Shown here: positions 11,703 through 23,580 of the stretch, in pieces
Layout of the letters: each line of letters begins with the position of its first letter
How positions within the stretch are numbered: position 1 is the first letter of the stretch
From: Vicugna vicugna
Taxonomy: Eukaryota
NCBI GenBank assembly: GCA_013265495.1
Contig: MU058252.1
Span: 2,514,244 to 2,550,202, forward strand
Reading direction: 5' to 3'
Length of the DNA stretch: 35,959 nt
Position numbers and translations under genes: made by a program
The notes under the pieces: model-generated
The model's input: the letters and a program-made list of their open reading frames with translations, nothing else
Told to the model about the DNA's origin: nothing
Database searches by the model: none

Positions 11703-12393
11703 ATCAACCAATCGCAAAGTGGGCGGAAGATGTGAGGAGACGTTTCTCCAAAGAAGACATCCAGACGGTGGCAGGCACCTGGAGAGATGCTCAGTGTTGC
11801 TAATTACAAGGGAAATGCAAATTAAAGCCGCAGTGAGGCATCACCTCACACCGGTCAAAATAGCCATCATTAAAATGTCCATAAACAGTAAATGCTGCAG
11901 AGGGTGTGGAGAAAAGGGGACCCTCCTACACTCTTGGTGGGAATGTAATTTGGTGCAGCCGTTATGGAAAACAGTGTGGAGATTCCTTAGAAAACTGAAA
12001 ATAGAGTTACTATATGATCCAGCAACCCTACTCCTGTGCACATATCTGAGTGAAGTAAGTCAGAGAAAGACACATACCATATGACATCACTCACTGTTGG
12101 AATCTAAAAACAATGACACAAATGAAATTATTTACAAAACAGACTCAGGCATAGATAACAAACTTACAGTCATCAAAGAGGGAAGGAGGGGAGGGGTGAA
12201 CTAGGAGTTCGGGATTAGCAGCTGCAAACTGCTATATACAAAATGGATAAACAACAGGGTCCTCCAGTACAGCACAGGGAACTGCATTCAGTACCTTGTG
12301 ACAACCTACAATGGACAGGAATATACGGGTGTAACTGAATCGCTGAGGCTAACACAGTATTGTGTGTAGATAAACCAGACTTCAGTAAGAAAA
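11703..12393 (+). mobile_element. Truncated LINE-1 (ORF2 C-terminus plus 3' UTR) with internal deletion
   Basis: ORF 11641..12084 contains REMQIK...[11 protein letters not shown]...[45 protein letters not shown] (L1 ORF2), followed by the 3' UTR and a short A-rich end. Confidence 0.95.
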
Positions 12394-12589
12394 GGGCCCG
12401 CGCATCAGGGTCCGCAGGCCGGGAGGCCTGGGCGGCGCGCGCACCTGCCACCCTCGTTGCCCTTGGGGCCGCGCAGGGTCGAGGGTGATTCCCAGTGCGG
12501 GGACAGGATGCAGCACCTCTGAAGAAAACACGATGAAGCCGTGAACCTTTGGTTTATGGAGCCAAGGAGGTTGTGGGGAGGCGGTTTAG

Positions 12590-12750
12590 GAGAAGGAGCC
12601 TTGGATTCCTGTAGGCCTGAGTTTAAAGTGCAGCCCTGGCGCTCACCCGCTGGCGGCTTGGACCCTTTGGGTGACCTCAGTTCCCGCACCGCCCAAGTGT
12701 CTGACAGACAACAGGTGTGAATATTGTCGGTGTGTGGTTGTGGTACGTGC
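12590..12750 (+). mobile_element. Highly diverged MIR SINE
   Basis: ggcctgagtttaaagtgcagccctggcgctcac...cttgg...cctcagttccc follows MIR consensus order with many substitutions. Confidence 0.4.
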
Positions 12751-13577
12751 CACGTCGAGGGGTGGAAACATGATGCAGTCATGAGAGTTGGTCCACGTTT
12801 TCACGGTCTCCGCGGCCCTGGAACAGGCCGGCTGGAGGGGAGAAGCCGCCGAATGGATGCAGAGGTTTACGTCCTGTGAGGTGTGTTTGCTCCGTTGAAT
12901 GAAGTGCTTTACTTTTCCTTAACTGCTGCTGTGCTTGAAGTTGCATAGCTAGTAAGATGCTTTGGAAGCAGTTAGTCTGCAGTTTCTGACTCTGTTAAAT
13001 TCACGCGGGCATGTGGCTTGAATAGTTACATTAAGGTGCTTGGCGCCAAGTTGTGGTTTGTTAGTTGTCAGAAATGTGCTTGCAGCTCGGATGCTTATCC
13101 AGCTTAGTTCCCTGGCGACACTGCCATGAACGTGGGCATGTTAGCAACTCAGGTGTGCAATTTTGCCTGCAAAGTAGGCACTCTGCTTTAAAGTTACGAA
13201 AATCTTGCAGTGTCGCCAGGTTTTAAGATGACTGAACTTGGTTTCTGAAGAATTACGGTCCTTGTAATGAGTGGATATGTGATTTGAATTTTTTTATCAG
13301 TTTACTTCTGTGCTGAAATATCCCCGTTGAAACTTTTAGATTTGTGTAATTGTGTTGTCGTTGCTTGAATGAGGAGGAAATTGTACTTAAAGTAACAGAC
13401 AGTAATTGAATTTAAGAAAAACACTGCAGAAAATAAAGATCACTGCACGAAAGGCTGGCCTGTGCTTTCTCTGCAGGCTGCAGGAGATGTTCTCATCAAA
13501 GGAGTACCAAGGAAAGGAAACACTAAACTTGCGTGTGTTTTTCACTGAGATCTTAATGTCGTGAAAGAAACTTGCAG

Positions 13578-13668
13578 TTCTTTTTTTTTCAAATTGAAGT
13601 CTCGCTGGTTTACAGTGTTGTGTTAATTTCTCGTGCACAGAATAGTGATTCAGTTACATGTATATCCC
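13578..13668 (-). mobile_element. Very short LINE-1 3' terminal fragment
   Basis: Poly-T, then aattgaagtc...tttacagtgttgtgttaatttct...agtgattcagttacatgtatat, homologous to about 9854-9920. Confidence 0.85.
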
Positions 13669-14989
13669 CTCTCGTGTTCTTTGGGTGGAGGGACACGTTG
13701 AAAGTTTGGGACTTAGCAATACTTTTTAATTCTGGAGGAGTTTCCGAGCTAATCCAGTGTCTTGAATTTTAGGAGAGAAGTTGTATGAGTTTTCCTTTGT
13801 TTGAGAGCCCTTACTTCTAGCCGCAAATCACCTGTTAACTGGATTTGAAAACATTCCCAGACTGATTACGTAGTTTTCTTTAGAAACATGTGAAGAGTTT
13901 TTAATGATGTGGGACTCAGTATTTATCCTTGTTTTGCATGCCCTTTCCATGTTTAGGAATGTCAATTGATTTTCTTATATTACCCTATAAAAAGGTGCAG
14001 TGAATTTAAAGATAATGAGAGAGATTTGGGGGAAAATTATTAAGCTGCAAATCAATTAGATCCTTTTTAACCACACTCTTTCCTGGACTCCTTACGTCTC
14101 CCTGCCCCCCTAGACCTCCTGGCCACCAGGCCAGAAAGCTAGGGGTCACGTTCCTGGAGGCCCGGGACAAAGTTTGTTCACTTACTGGAAGAATAAATCC
14201 CTTGACTGATTTTTGTTGAGTGGGTGGAAGCACCCCAGTTAAGACTGATTGCAGCAGAACTGGAAATCACTCACAGACGGTAAGTTATAACCTGCAAGCT
14301 GGGGGAGGAGAGATGTGGTTCTGGCCCCTAGTTCATCAGGGGCTATTATTTCCTTTCTTTGGGGGCTGATTAACAATCCGCTATCACTTTTTCCTAGCCA
14401 GACGCATGGGCTTGTATGTTGGAGAAAAGAGAGAAGGCTTGCATGCAGTGGACCGTCTCAGAGACGTGGTGTCTGTTCTCTGTTGACAGCTGCAGTCACT
14501 GCTGTGGGAGACGCGAGCATATGCATGCACGTCTGTCCTGCCACCCCCCAGCTGCCCCTGCCGCCCCCACCCCTTTGGTTGGGATGGATGCCGGTTGGTG
14601 CTGTGGGCTGATCTGTGCTTGGTTCCTAAGCCTTGCAGCCAGGCAGGGAGGCTGTCGTGTCAGAGGAAAGTAATCAAGTATAAACAGCCCAGAATCGCCC
14701 GGGTGCAGTCTCTCTGGAGCACTTGTCATCATGAATTCCCTCAACAAGCTCCCTGATTCCTTTTTAAAAACAAAAATTATAGCTGATGATTGTTTCATGT
14801 AAAAAGACAAAGCCTATTTTGAGGTAAGGATTAAATAAAGCACTTTTTTGCCCTCAAATTGTTTTTGCTCTCAATCAGGTGAAATTTTTTTTTTCCAAAG
14901 ACAAACATAAAACTCCTACTTTCCCTCTGTATGTTGTAATGTCTGGAATAGAGTAATAATTCTCCTGTGTATTTGTGCAACAGTCAAAC

Positions 14990-15296
14990 ACCAATGCTAA
15001 TAAGGAGGCAGCGCAAGCCATGTATACAACTTAAAAAAAATTTAGTAGCCACATACGATTACAAGAAATAGATGGAATTAATTTTATAGTATGTTTTATT
15101 TAACCCAGCATTTTATTATTCCAACATGAAACCAACAGAAAAAATTATTAACGAAAAATCTTTTACATTTCTTTGTTCACACCAACTCTTTGAAGTTGGG
15201 TGTGTGTTTTACACCGACAGCACATGTCAGTTCGGACTGGCCACGTTTAAGTGTCAAAGCTCCACCTGTGGCTCGTGTCTGGCGTTTGGGCAGCAG
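14990..15296. mobile_element. MER33-like hAT-Charlie MITE
   Basis: tttagtagccacat...attaatttt...ttttatttaacccag...cagcacatgtcagttcggactggccacgtttaagtg...gtggct matches recalled MER33 along about 300 bp. Confidence 0.8.
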
Positions 15297-17339
15297 CTCT
15301 GTACTGCACTTGCTTTCTATAAATTGCCCCATACCCTCTAATATCTTTAATTCTACAGTAAAATGAAAGGATTCACCCCCAAGTAACAAACTGTATCTAA
15401 GGTCCACATCGTGAAGAGAAACATGGGCTCATTGTGTTTGGGTTTTGCACTTACATTGGCAGATGTGGTCATTTTCTAAAGCTTCAGGAAAAGTAATGTT
15501 CTTCCTGTATCAGCATTTATGGAGAACTAGCAGAAAAGAAGTACTGCTCACCCAGCGTGTGCATTTGCTGGGCGTCTGCTAGGTGTCAGGCACACTTCGG
15601 ACACAACGGATAAAGAGGAAGTATAAGAACATTGAATTTAGCAAGTTCTGATTGTGTGCTAGGCATTGTTCTCTGCGTTGGGAGAATTTGTAACTTGCAG
15701 CCTGAATTAACCTTCACCAAAGAAGCAGCATTACGATTGCACAGAACCCTGCTTTCCTCGTGTCCCTTTCTACCCTCCTTAAGATGAACCCTGGCCCTGG
15801 GGTAGGGCGCAGCCTCAGTCAGCTGAGGAGGGGTTGAGAGAGGGACTTGGGCAGGTGAAGGTCTTGTTTTGTTTTGTTTTTCTGTTGCTTCATTATTGCT
15901 GCTCACCAGGCACTGCTGAAGGTTGCAAGTGGGAGATGTCCATGTGCGGGGGGGCTAGTCGTTCTTGCCTCCTCTGCAGACGGCAGCCTGTGGACCTTGT
16001 TTGCTTTAAGCAGAAGTGAAGCTTGTTGGAAAGCTCCCAGAGTTGATGATACGGGGACGCACAGGGTGAGGAATCAGTAGCTGCTCTTCTGTAGACCCTC
16101 TTGCCCCTCATCTGCCAACAGTTTCCGCCACCACACCTCCTGGCTCAGCCCGTAGGAGAGAGCTGTCCCCTCCCCATCGTCCCCAGCCGGGGAGGTGCAT
16201 GGAAGGTCTCTGCCTGGCCTGGCCAACGCCACATGTCCATCTGCAGACCTGTCCCCTTGTCTTGGGACAGAGGCGCTGGGGTCCCACACCCTGAACTGTG
16301 ACACAGAACTGTCAGCACGTGGACGTCAGACGCTCCCGTACATCAGGGTGCAGCGCGTCTGTGTGTCAATTGAAGGACAGGCATTTGAGGTGCGGAGAAG
16401 CCGAACAGCTGGTCCCCTCCTCCTGCCAGTTCTTCTTTGGGCAGAATAAGCACGATCTGATAAATCTTTATTTCTGTCCCCACCCTCTCCCTGTTCTGAC
16501 ACGTTAACAAGAACCTACAAAGCAGAAGGGCCCGCAACAGAAGGAAAGCAATTTTCATTTGTTCTGAAACTTTGTACCTGTGATGTTCTGTGTCTTGAAG
16601 AGAATCACGTTTAATAATTCATTTTCCAGCTGTGACAGGCGACGTGGCAGAGTCCAAACCGTGGGAAGCCTAGGCCCCGCCTGCAGGGAGGGTAGCAGTT
16701 TTCCGCCACAGGGGAATCCAAGTAGATTCACGAAGCCACAGCAGCACAGGGTGGAACAGAAACTTCCTAGTCCGGGGGCACCCAGGGCGGGGGCGGCGTT
16801 CACTGGGTATCTGCTGTGAGGAGGGAAGTGCAGAGAGGGGTTTTCATAGGCAATAAACATCACACACACGGTGGCTTAATATACTTACTTCAAATGCCTG
16901 TCCTTAACGTCACACGACTGTGAAGTTAGCAGCCTGGTTTCAGAGCCATGCAAAAATCCAGGCAGGTGACGTGTGGAAACGTTCATTCCACACAAAGCAA
17001 GATGGTGTCACTGTGATCAGAGCTCCTGGTGTGTAGTGCACCGTGGAAGCCAGCCTGCCTGCGGGGAAGAATGAGGCCGTTAGCCCTGTTTGGGGGAAAT
17101 AAATGGAATAATGAAGAAGATGCCATTCCAGACACATCTTGAAAAAGCTGATGAAGTAGTTTAAGCGTGGAGCTTGCTGAGAGCGTGCGAACGTCTCTCT
17201 TGGAGTGTTGTGGACTGTTCTTTAAACTGGCACAGTTAGCCTAAAGCTGAAACTCCGTAGTTTGTATTAAAAAGGAAGGAAGGGAAGGACGCTGTTTTGC
17301 ACGAAAGGCTGTAGAAATGAGGGCTTGGTAAAAAGAGTG

Positions 17340-17890
17340 TTCGGCTGGATGATGGCGTGTGGCGGGTCCAGCTGCCACCGGGCTTTTGACCCGTGTCTGT
17401 GGCGCGCTCCGAGCTTGGTGACGGATGCTTTTGTCAAGCTCTACACAAAAGGTGCATGTCCGTTTTCATCATCATCTGATTTCTGCCAAGCCCTCGCTGC
17501 CTTTGGTCGCCCAGCCGCGCAGTCCTGCTGGCCCGTTTGCCGTCCCTCGTGGAGGTGGGCGGCTCCTCTCTCGGGGTGGAGGGCGCCCGGAGTGATGCGA
17601 CGCGTGTCCCCGAGCTCCTGCGCCCGCGTGCTCACAGGGGTGAGCATCCGCGCCGTCGTCTGTGAGCCGTGGGCCGCTGGGAGGAGGGCGAGGCCTGCTG
17701 TCTCTAGTGCTGCTGCTGTTTCCGTGGCAGTTCTGAGTTTCCTTCCCAGCTGGCACCTGCGGGCGGGTGATGTCTGGGGGATCTGAGCGCGGTGAAGTTG
17801 GGAACAGATAAAGCCAGTTTGATTCCACTGAGTCGGGGGTTTGACGGGTTTGCTGCGGGTGAAGGCTGTTGAGAGGTACGAGCGAGGTAC
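17340..17890. other. CpG-enriched GC-rich segment (weak island)
   Basis: Elevated CpG density (e.g. gatgcgacgcgtgtccccgagctcctgcgcccgcgtg); no repeat recognised. Confidence 0.45.
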
Positions 17891-18289
17891 TCACAGGTTA
17901 AAACTTTACACAAACCGTGTATAACAAATGCACAGAAGCTGTATACGCACGTCCTCGTATTTTCTGCTTCAGTTAAGAGGCCAGTGAGGGCAGGAGGACA
18001 GGATAAATGCACTATGTCATTTCTTCAGTCAGTTCAGAGCCTTGAACGGAGGGTTAGGTGGGCCGGGCTCCATGACAGAAATGGGACATGTTCTCTCCCA
18101 TTTGGAAACGTCCTAGGGGTTGGTTAAGGCAGGCTCTACTGCAACACATCCTGCGTCCCTTCTCGTTCACAGGCACCTTCCGCCTACGTAGCAGGTGACT
18201 TGGGGATCTGTCTGTCCCTACGCTAGACGTTGCAATCACTCTTTGCTTGGTTAACTACGTGTCAAATATGTTATAAAAATTGTGTTTGC

Positions 18290-19174
18290 TATTATGTGTA
18301 TGTGTATACTATTGTGTGCGTGTGTGCACACAGACACACACACATAATACATACCACCTCTTTACCCAGTCATCAGTTGACAGATGCTCAGGTTGCTTCC
18401 ATGTCTTGGCTATTGTGAATAATGCTGCTGTGAACACTGGGGCGCATGTGTCTTTCCACATTTGTGTTTTTGCTTTCTTCAGATACACACCCAGGAGTGG
18501 CATTGTTGGCTCAGACAGTGGTTCTATTTTTAGTTTTTTGAGGAGCTTCCATACAGTTTTCCAAAGTGGTTGTACCAAATTGCATCCCTGCCGACAGTGT
18601 GCAAGGGCTCTTTTCCACGCATCCTCGCCAACACTGGCTATTTGTGATCTTTTTGCTGATAGCCGCTCTGACAGGTGTGCGTGGCACCTCATGTTGGATT
18701 TGATGTGCGTTTCTCTGATGATTAGTGATGTTGAGCATCTTTTCCTGTGTCTGTTGACCCTCTGTGTGTCTTCTTTGGAGAAAGTGTCTATTCAGATCTT
18801 CTGCGCATTTTTTTAATAAGGGGTTTTTTTATATTAGCTTGTAGGAGCTGCTAACATATTTTAGATATTAACCCCTATATGGGTCTCATCATTTGCAAAC
18901 ATTTTCTCTCATTCAGTAGGTTGTCTTTTCATTTTGTTGATGGTTTCCTTTGCCTTGGAAAAGTTTTTAAGTTTAATTAGTTTCCATTTGTTTATTTTTA
19001 CTTTTGTTTCCTTTGCCTTAGGAGACAGATCCAAAAAAATACTGCTACAATTTGTGTCAAAGTGTTCTGCCTGTGTTTTCTGCTGGGAGTTTTATGATTT
19101 CTGGTCTTACATTTAGGTCTTTAATCAGTTTGGAGTTTATTTTTGTACATGGTGTGAGAAAATAGTCTATTTTC
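18290..19174 (-). mobile_element. LINE-1, inverted 5' segment (ORF2)
   Basis: Minus-strand ORF 18309..18692 contains [21 protein letters not shown]...KDTCAPVFTAALFTIAKTWKQP...W (L1 ORF2); L1 similarity continues to 19174. Confidence 0.95.
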
Positions 19175-19612
19175 GTGGAATACTACTCAGCCATAAAAGG
19201 AATGAAATTCTGCCATTTGCAACAACATGGATAAAACTGGAGGGTATTAGACTCAGTGAAATAAGTCAGACAGAGAAAGATAAATACCATATGTTACCAC
19301 TTATATGTAGAATCTAAAAAATAAATGAATGAACATAACAAAACAGAAACAGAGTCACAAATGTAGAGAACAAACTAGTGGTGACCAGTGGGGAGAGGGA
19401 AGGTGGGGGCAAGACAGGGATAGAGGATTAAGAGGTACGAACTACTGTGTATAAAATAAGTAAACTACAAGGATATATTGTGCAGAATCGAGAATATAGT
19501 CAACATTTTATAATAACTTTAAATGAAGTATAATCTAAAAATTTTGAATGACTATGTTGTACACCTGAAGCTAACATGACACTGTGCATCAGCAGTCCCT
19601 CAGTTAGAAAAA
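19175..19612 (+). mobile_element. LINE-1, non-inverted 3' segment of the same insertion
   Basis: Starts gtggaatactactcagccataaaa (EYYSAIK) and runs through the ORF2 end and 3' UTR to an A-rich end followed by the target-site duplication. Confidence 0.95.
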
Positions 19613-20039
19613 CTTATGTTTGCCCATGAGTTCTTCTCCCCTTCTGCCCCTTCAGTGCAGGCTCGGCTTAATGCTGGCGTACTTCCATGTGCCTTTTTCC
19701 TTTGCTTTTCACTGTCTCTGTCGGAACTAAGCGGCAGCTTTGTCGTCCCCTCTGACCACGGGTATCGCAGGGTGTGCCCTTCCCTTCCAGGTTCTTCCGA
19801 ATAGAACCCATCTGTCTCCCATCTGTCCCTGCGTCATGGTCGTTACCCCAGGCTCCGGACTCTGTAGCAGCCGTGTGAGTGTTTTCTGGCCCAGCAGGCC
19901 CTTTTCTCAGCCAGGCAGGAGGTTGTGTCTTTGATGAATGTTCTGAGTTTTAACAGATGTGGACACCATGCTGCTAAGTGACGTTGTGGGGAACCTTGGG
20001 GGTCACTCAGCCTCTCACAGGCGGCTGGTCCTCCCAGGC

Positions 20040-20175
20040 TCCTGGGATGGCATCTACTGTCTCCCATTTTCCACGAGAAGAAATGCAAGCGCAGTGAGGG
20101 GATGTGCCTGAGACCACGTGGCTGGCGGGCGGGGGAGGCGGGGCTGCGGCCCGGCCCCCTCAGTCCACGTCCATC
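20040..20175 (-). mobile_element. Highly diverged MIR SINE
   Basis: ctcccattttccacgagaagaaatgcaagcgcagtgagg...gtgcctgagaccacgtggctgg follows the reverse MIR core with GC-shifted bases. Confidence 0.45.
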
Positions 20176-22078
20176 CCACGGAGGAGGGACTTAGGGTCTA
20201 TCTAGCAGATGACATCTTCCAGGGAACCTCTTTGCAGCAAAAAAGAAATCCATGCCTGGCCTTGATGACCGTGAGCCCCCAAGCTCAGTGTTGTGCCTGG
20301 GACTCACTGTTCAGCTTTATTTCAGATACAAACTGCGTTCTCATTGCTCACAGTTGATGTCTGCACGTGGGCCTGGGGGTCACTTTTAAAATCAACGTAA
20401 GTCTAGCTGGAGTCTCTCTTCTGTGATGGAAATTCCCTTCCCAAAGAGAGAGAGCAGTGCTTCTTAATTAGGTATTTACTCTAATGACTTGAAAGAGGGT
20501 CAGTTGGTCCTGCTTGCTTTGTTTTCATTATAAACTGAAGAGTTGGATGATGCTTTTGTGATTTATTCAGAACTGCACCAAGATGGTTGGTATTCAGTAA
20601 ATGTTATTAACACTCAGAGGAGAGACACTTGCATTTCTGTCATACACACATCTCTAAATGTTTAGGCCAGGGGCACGTTTTTAATGGATTCAAATAACAA
20701 ATATAAATTGGGCCTGAATATCTGTTACCTGGACATCCTACCTGTTTGGAGGCTCCGTTGCCAGGAACTGCCAAATTACTTGCATGCATCATTTTAATTG
20801 AACCTTCAACCTGACACTTTTATTAAAAAAAAAATGGATTCCAAGTTATTTTTCATACATAAAGGCGGCTGAACCCATGCTTCATTGGTGAAGTCTCTGT
20901 CAGATCTGGATGACCGCACCACCACGTCTCAAGGGAAAAAATGAAACCTCACTATCTCATGTGCTTGAGATTTGGTAAAAAGTGATCATTTAACTCTGCA
21001 AAGATCTGTAATTAAAGGACTGCAGGGAATGAAACAAACTGAATTATGTTCAGTTCAGCTCATGAAAATGTCATCTTCGGGCCAGAGACGTCTCTGGCAT
21101 TTTAGCTTTGGGCTCTGTTCGTGGTGACGGTGCAACCCTTGTGTGGCTCTCTCTGCTCCCTGTCCAGAAACATGCTGTGGTCGTGCCTTCGATGGTTCCC
21201 AATTCAGGGGAGACTACTGTTTCCTATTCTCAAGTCATCCCTGGAGAATACAAGTCAGAGTTCAAAATCTGTATTTCAGTCAAACAACAGTGCATATGTA
21301 ATTGTGATAAAATTGACCCCGTGACCCTAGAAACCTGAATTAAAAGGTGTGAAAACTCTACCTGACACCAGTGAATGCACTGGTATTCCCTTGTCGTCAT
21401 AACAGACTTGGTCCAGATCTGGAGAGGCTCCTGTGTGCTCCGTGTCCCGTGTTTATCCAGAGGGCATAGCTCTGGCATTCTCTTGTCTTGCTGGCTTCAG
21501 CCTGTGAGGTGGACATGCTGTGCAGTGGGTGCAGGCTGCTGCGACCTTCATCCTGTCATTAGTGCGCTTGCTGCATGGAAATAATACCACTTTGTTTTCC
21601 CGCCATGATCTTCTCCAGAGAGCCAGTTGTGTAGCGCTGGTTCGTATCTCTTCCTGCGGTGGATGGCGAATGAAATAGTCCGACTTCCCACGAGGACGGA
21701 GTGAGGACAGGGAGGTCCTTGGTGCCCCTGGTCTGCAGATAGAATCCAGGGGTCCTGGGAGGGCAGGCACAGCTAAGGGTCCAGATGAACCGTCATGATG
21801 GAGTTGCTGCTCCAAGTTCACAGTATTTTTAGAGAGATAAGAAGTACACAGCTTTGGTTTGATCTTAACATTTTGTTCGAGGTTGGGTTACTGCACATCA
21901 CTGTTGGGGTCTGTATGGAGACGGATGCTTCTGGAAAAAAAATTTAGGTTTCTAGGCAAAGCTGAGAATTAAAAGCAGAAACTTGGAATGGGTATCAGGA
22001 GAAAATGGAAGAATCCATACTTACGAGCATTACGGGGATAAAAAGCCGTTCATAGGTTTTTAAAAAGCGCTCTGTAGG

Positions 22079-22209
22079 TAGGGTGACCAGATACCCAATT
22101 TGCTTAGGCCAGCCCTGGTTTATGCCAATGTCCTGGCTTGCACTTTAATACCACTCCCTTTTACTCCCAGTGGTGTCCTGGTTTGGGCCATAAGTATGTG
22201 GTCAACACA
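22079..22209. mobile_element. MER94-like hAT-Blackjack MITE
   Basis: Begins with the TIR tagggtgacca and ends with degenerate tggtcaac; internal tgtcctgg repeats; about 130 bp. Confidence 0.7.
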
Positions 22210-22789
22210 GGCATTGGTGAGGAATTGGCATCTGGAAAAAGCAGCAGGTTGGAAGGGAAGACGTTGGTGAAATTAATTTTGCGGCCCCCTTTCACTGCGC
22301 CGCTGTTTGATATTTGTGTCCCCTTCTATTTTATTTTGTTTCATTTTAAAAAAATTATTTGTTTATTTTACTGTTTTTTTAATATGTATATGTTATATAT
22401 GCATGTTTTTAATTTGAAGAGTAGTGTTGACTTCATTGCTTAGAAGAAAAGTGAAGGTAAAAAAAATTAACAGAACTTTGCTCAAGCTGTTGTGAAGTTC
22501 TCTTTCCATGGTGGAACTGGAATCTGGAACTCAGAGACTTCATTGCCTGCACTAATTTCCACCCTCTGCGGTGGAGGAAATGGAAAAGAGCAAGGAAATA
22601 ATAGGGTGTGAAATGTATGCACTGCCCCCCTCTGTTATGAGTGTGCCGCTCCACTACCACTGTCTGTGCTGGTCGCGTGACTTGGTTTGCCAGGACAGAG
22701 AAGACAAAACACAGATGTCGTAAGACCTGTGATAATTTGCAAAAGAAATCTCATTTGTCTGGGCTGTTACGTTTCTGTTCCGCCTTCAG

Positions 22790-22806
22790 TGGAAATGTGC
22801 ATTACG
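22790..22806 (+). other. Candidate 17-nt microexon
   Basis: gtttctgttccgccttcag|TGGAAATGTGCATTACG|gtgagt: pyrimidine tract, CAG acceptor and strong donor. No transcript evidence. Confidence 0.25.
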
Positions 22807-23444
22807 GTGAGTAACGCCCGACACGAGCTCCTTTAAAGCAGGAGAGCCGTCTGGGTTTGTTCCCTGGGACTCCGCTGAGGGAGTGGTGATTACGCACACT
22901 TGCTGGAACAGTCTTGGTGAGGTCCAGTGGCGCAGGGAGGTCACGGTCTCAGACCCACAGGGCGCCGGCCGTCAGAGACTGGAAGAAAAGGGAACGATGA
23001 TCAGGTCTCAGATCTCCACGTGCCCCTGCCCTCATGCAGGCTTCACGTGGCCAGGGTCAGGGAGCGGTCTGCCGGAGCGGGTGTGGCCTTCGGGGGTGAG
23101 AGCTGATGGGGCCACAGGAGGTGAGAAGAGGCAGGACCAAAACAGTGACAGGCACAGGAAGAGCTGGGACCTGGAGTCGTCATGAAGTTACCCGCCAAGG
23201 CGGAAGGAAGCTCTCACTGCAGCAAAGGGCACGGGAGGGATCCCCATTCACTTGGCGAAATGGTCGCTGAAGTGTTTGCCTGAGGATGGGTTTCACTGAT
23301 GATGTCGGATGAAGGGGGAAGCAGGGATAGGAAGCAATTTGATACGAATGTGGCCCTGAAAATGCCTTTTGCTGACCCACCTGGAACGGTCTACACTAGC
23401 AGGGGAAGCCTTGGGGATCCTTCCCGTTTAGCACCGGGAAACCA

Positions 23445-23580
23445 CAGACTGTGAAAGCAGAAGGAAGCCTAGGAGATCATTGCGTTTGTTCTGAAATGAG
23501 AGGAAGTCAAGCCCAGAGCAGTGAAGGGTTTACGTAGCTCCCAAGATTATATGCTGATTAGTGGCGGGACCCAGGTTTAC
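23445..23580 (-). mobile_element. Diverged MIR-family fragment
   Basis: gaagcctaggagatcat...atgagaggaagtcaagcccagag...cccaagattatatgctgattagtggc resembles a reverse MIR3/MIRc core. Confidence 0.4.

Noticed and set aside
11641..12084. 147-aa ORF as a functional or domesticated protein
   Set aside because: Decayed L1 ORF2 C-terminus with a TTG start, a scrambled N-terminal part and an internal deletion.
14730..14829. ATG-initiated short frame before donor GAG|gtaagg
   Set aside because: The frame stops (MNSLNK...CFM*) before the donor; no other support.
16840..16885. MLT1-like LTR start (cacacacggtggcttaa)
   Set aside because: Match too short and does not continue.
18280..18816. 178-aa ORF, the longest in the window
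   Set aside because: Antisense reading of L1 ORF2 sequence plus a simple repeat.
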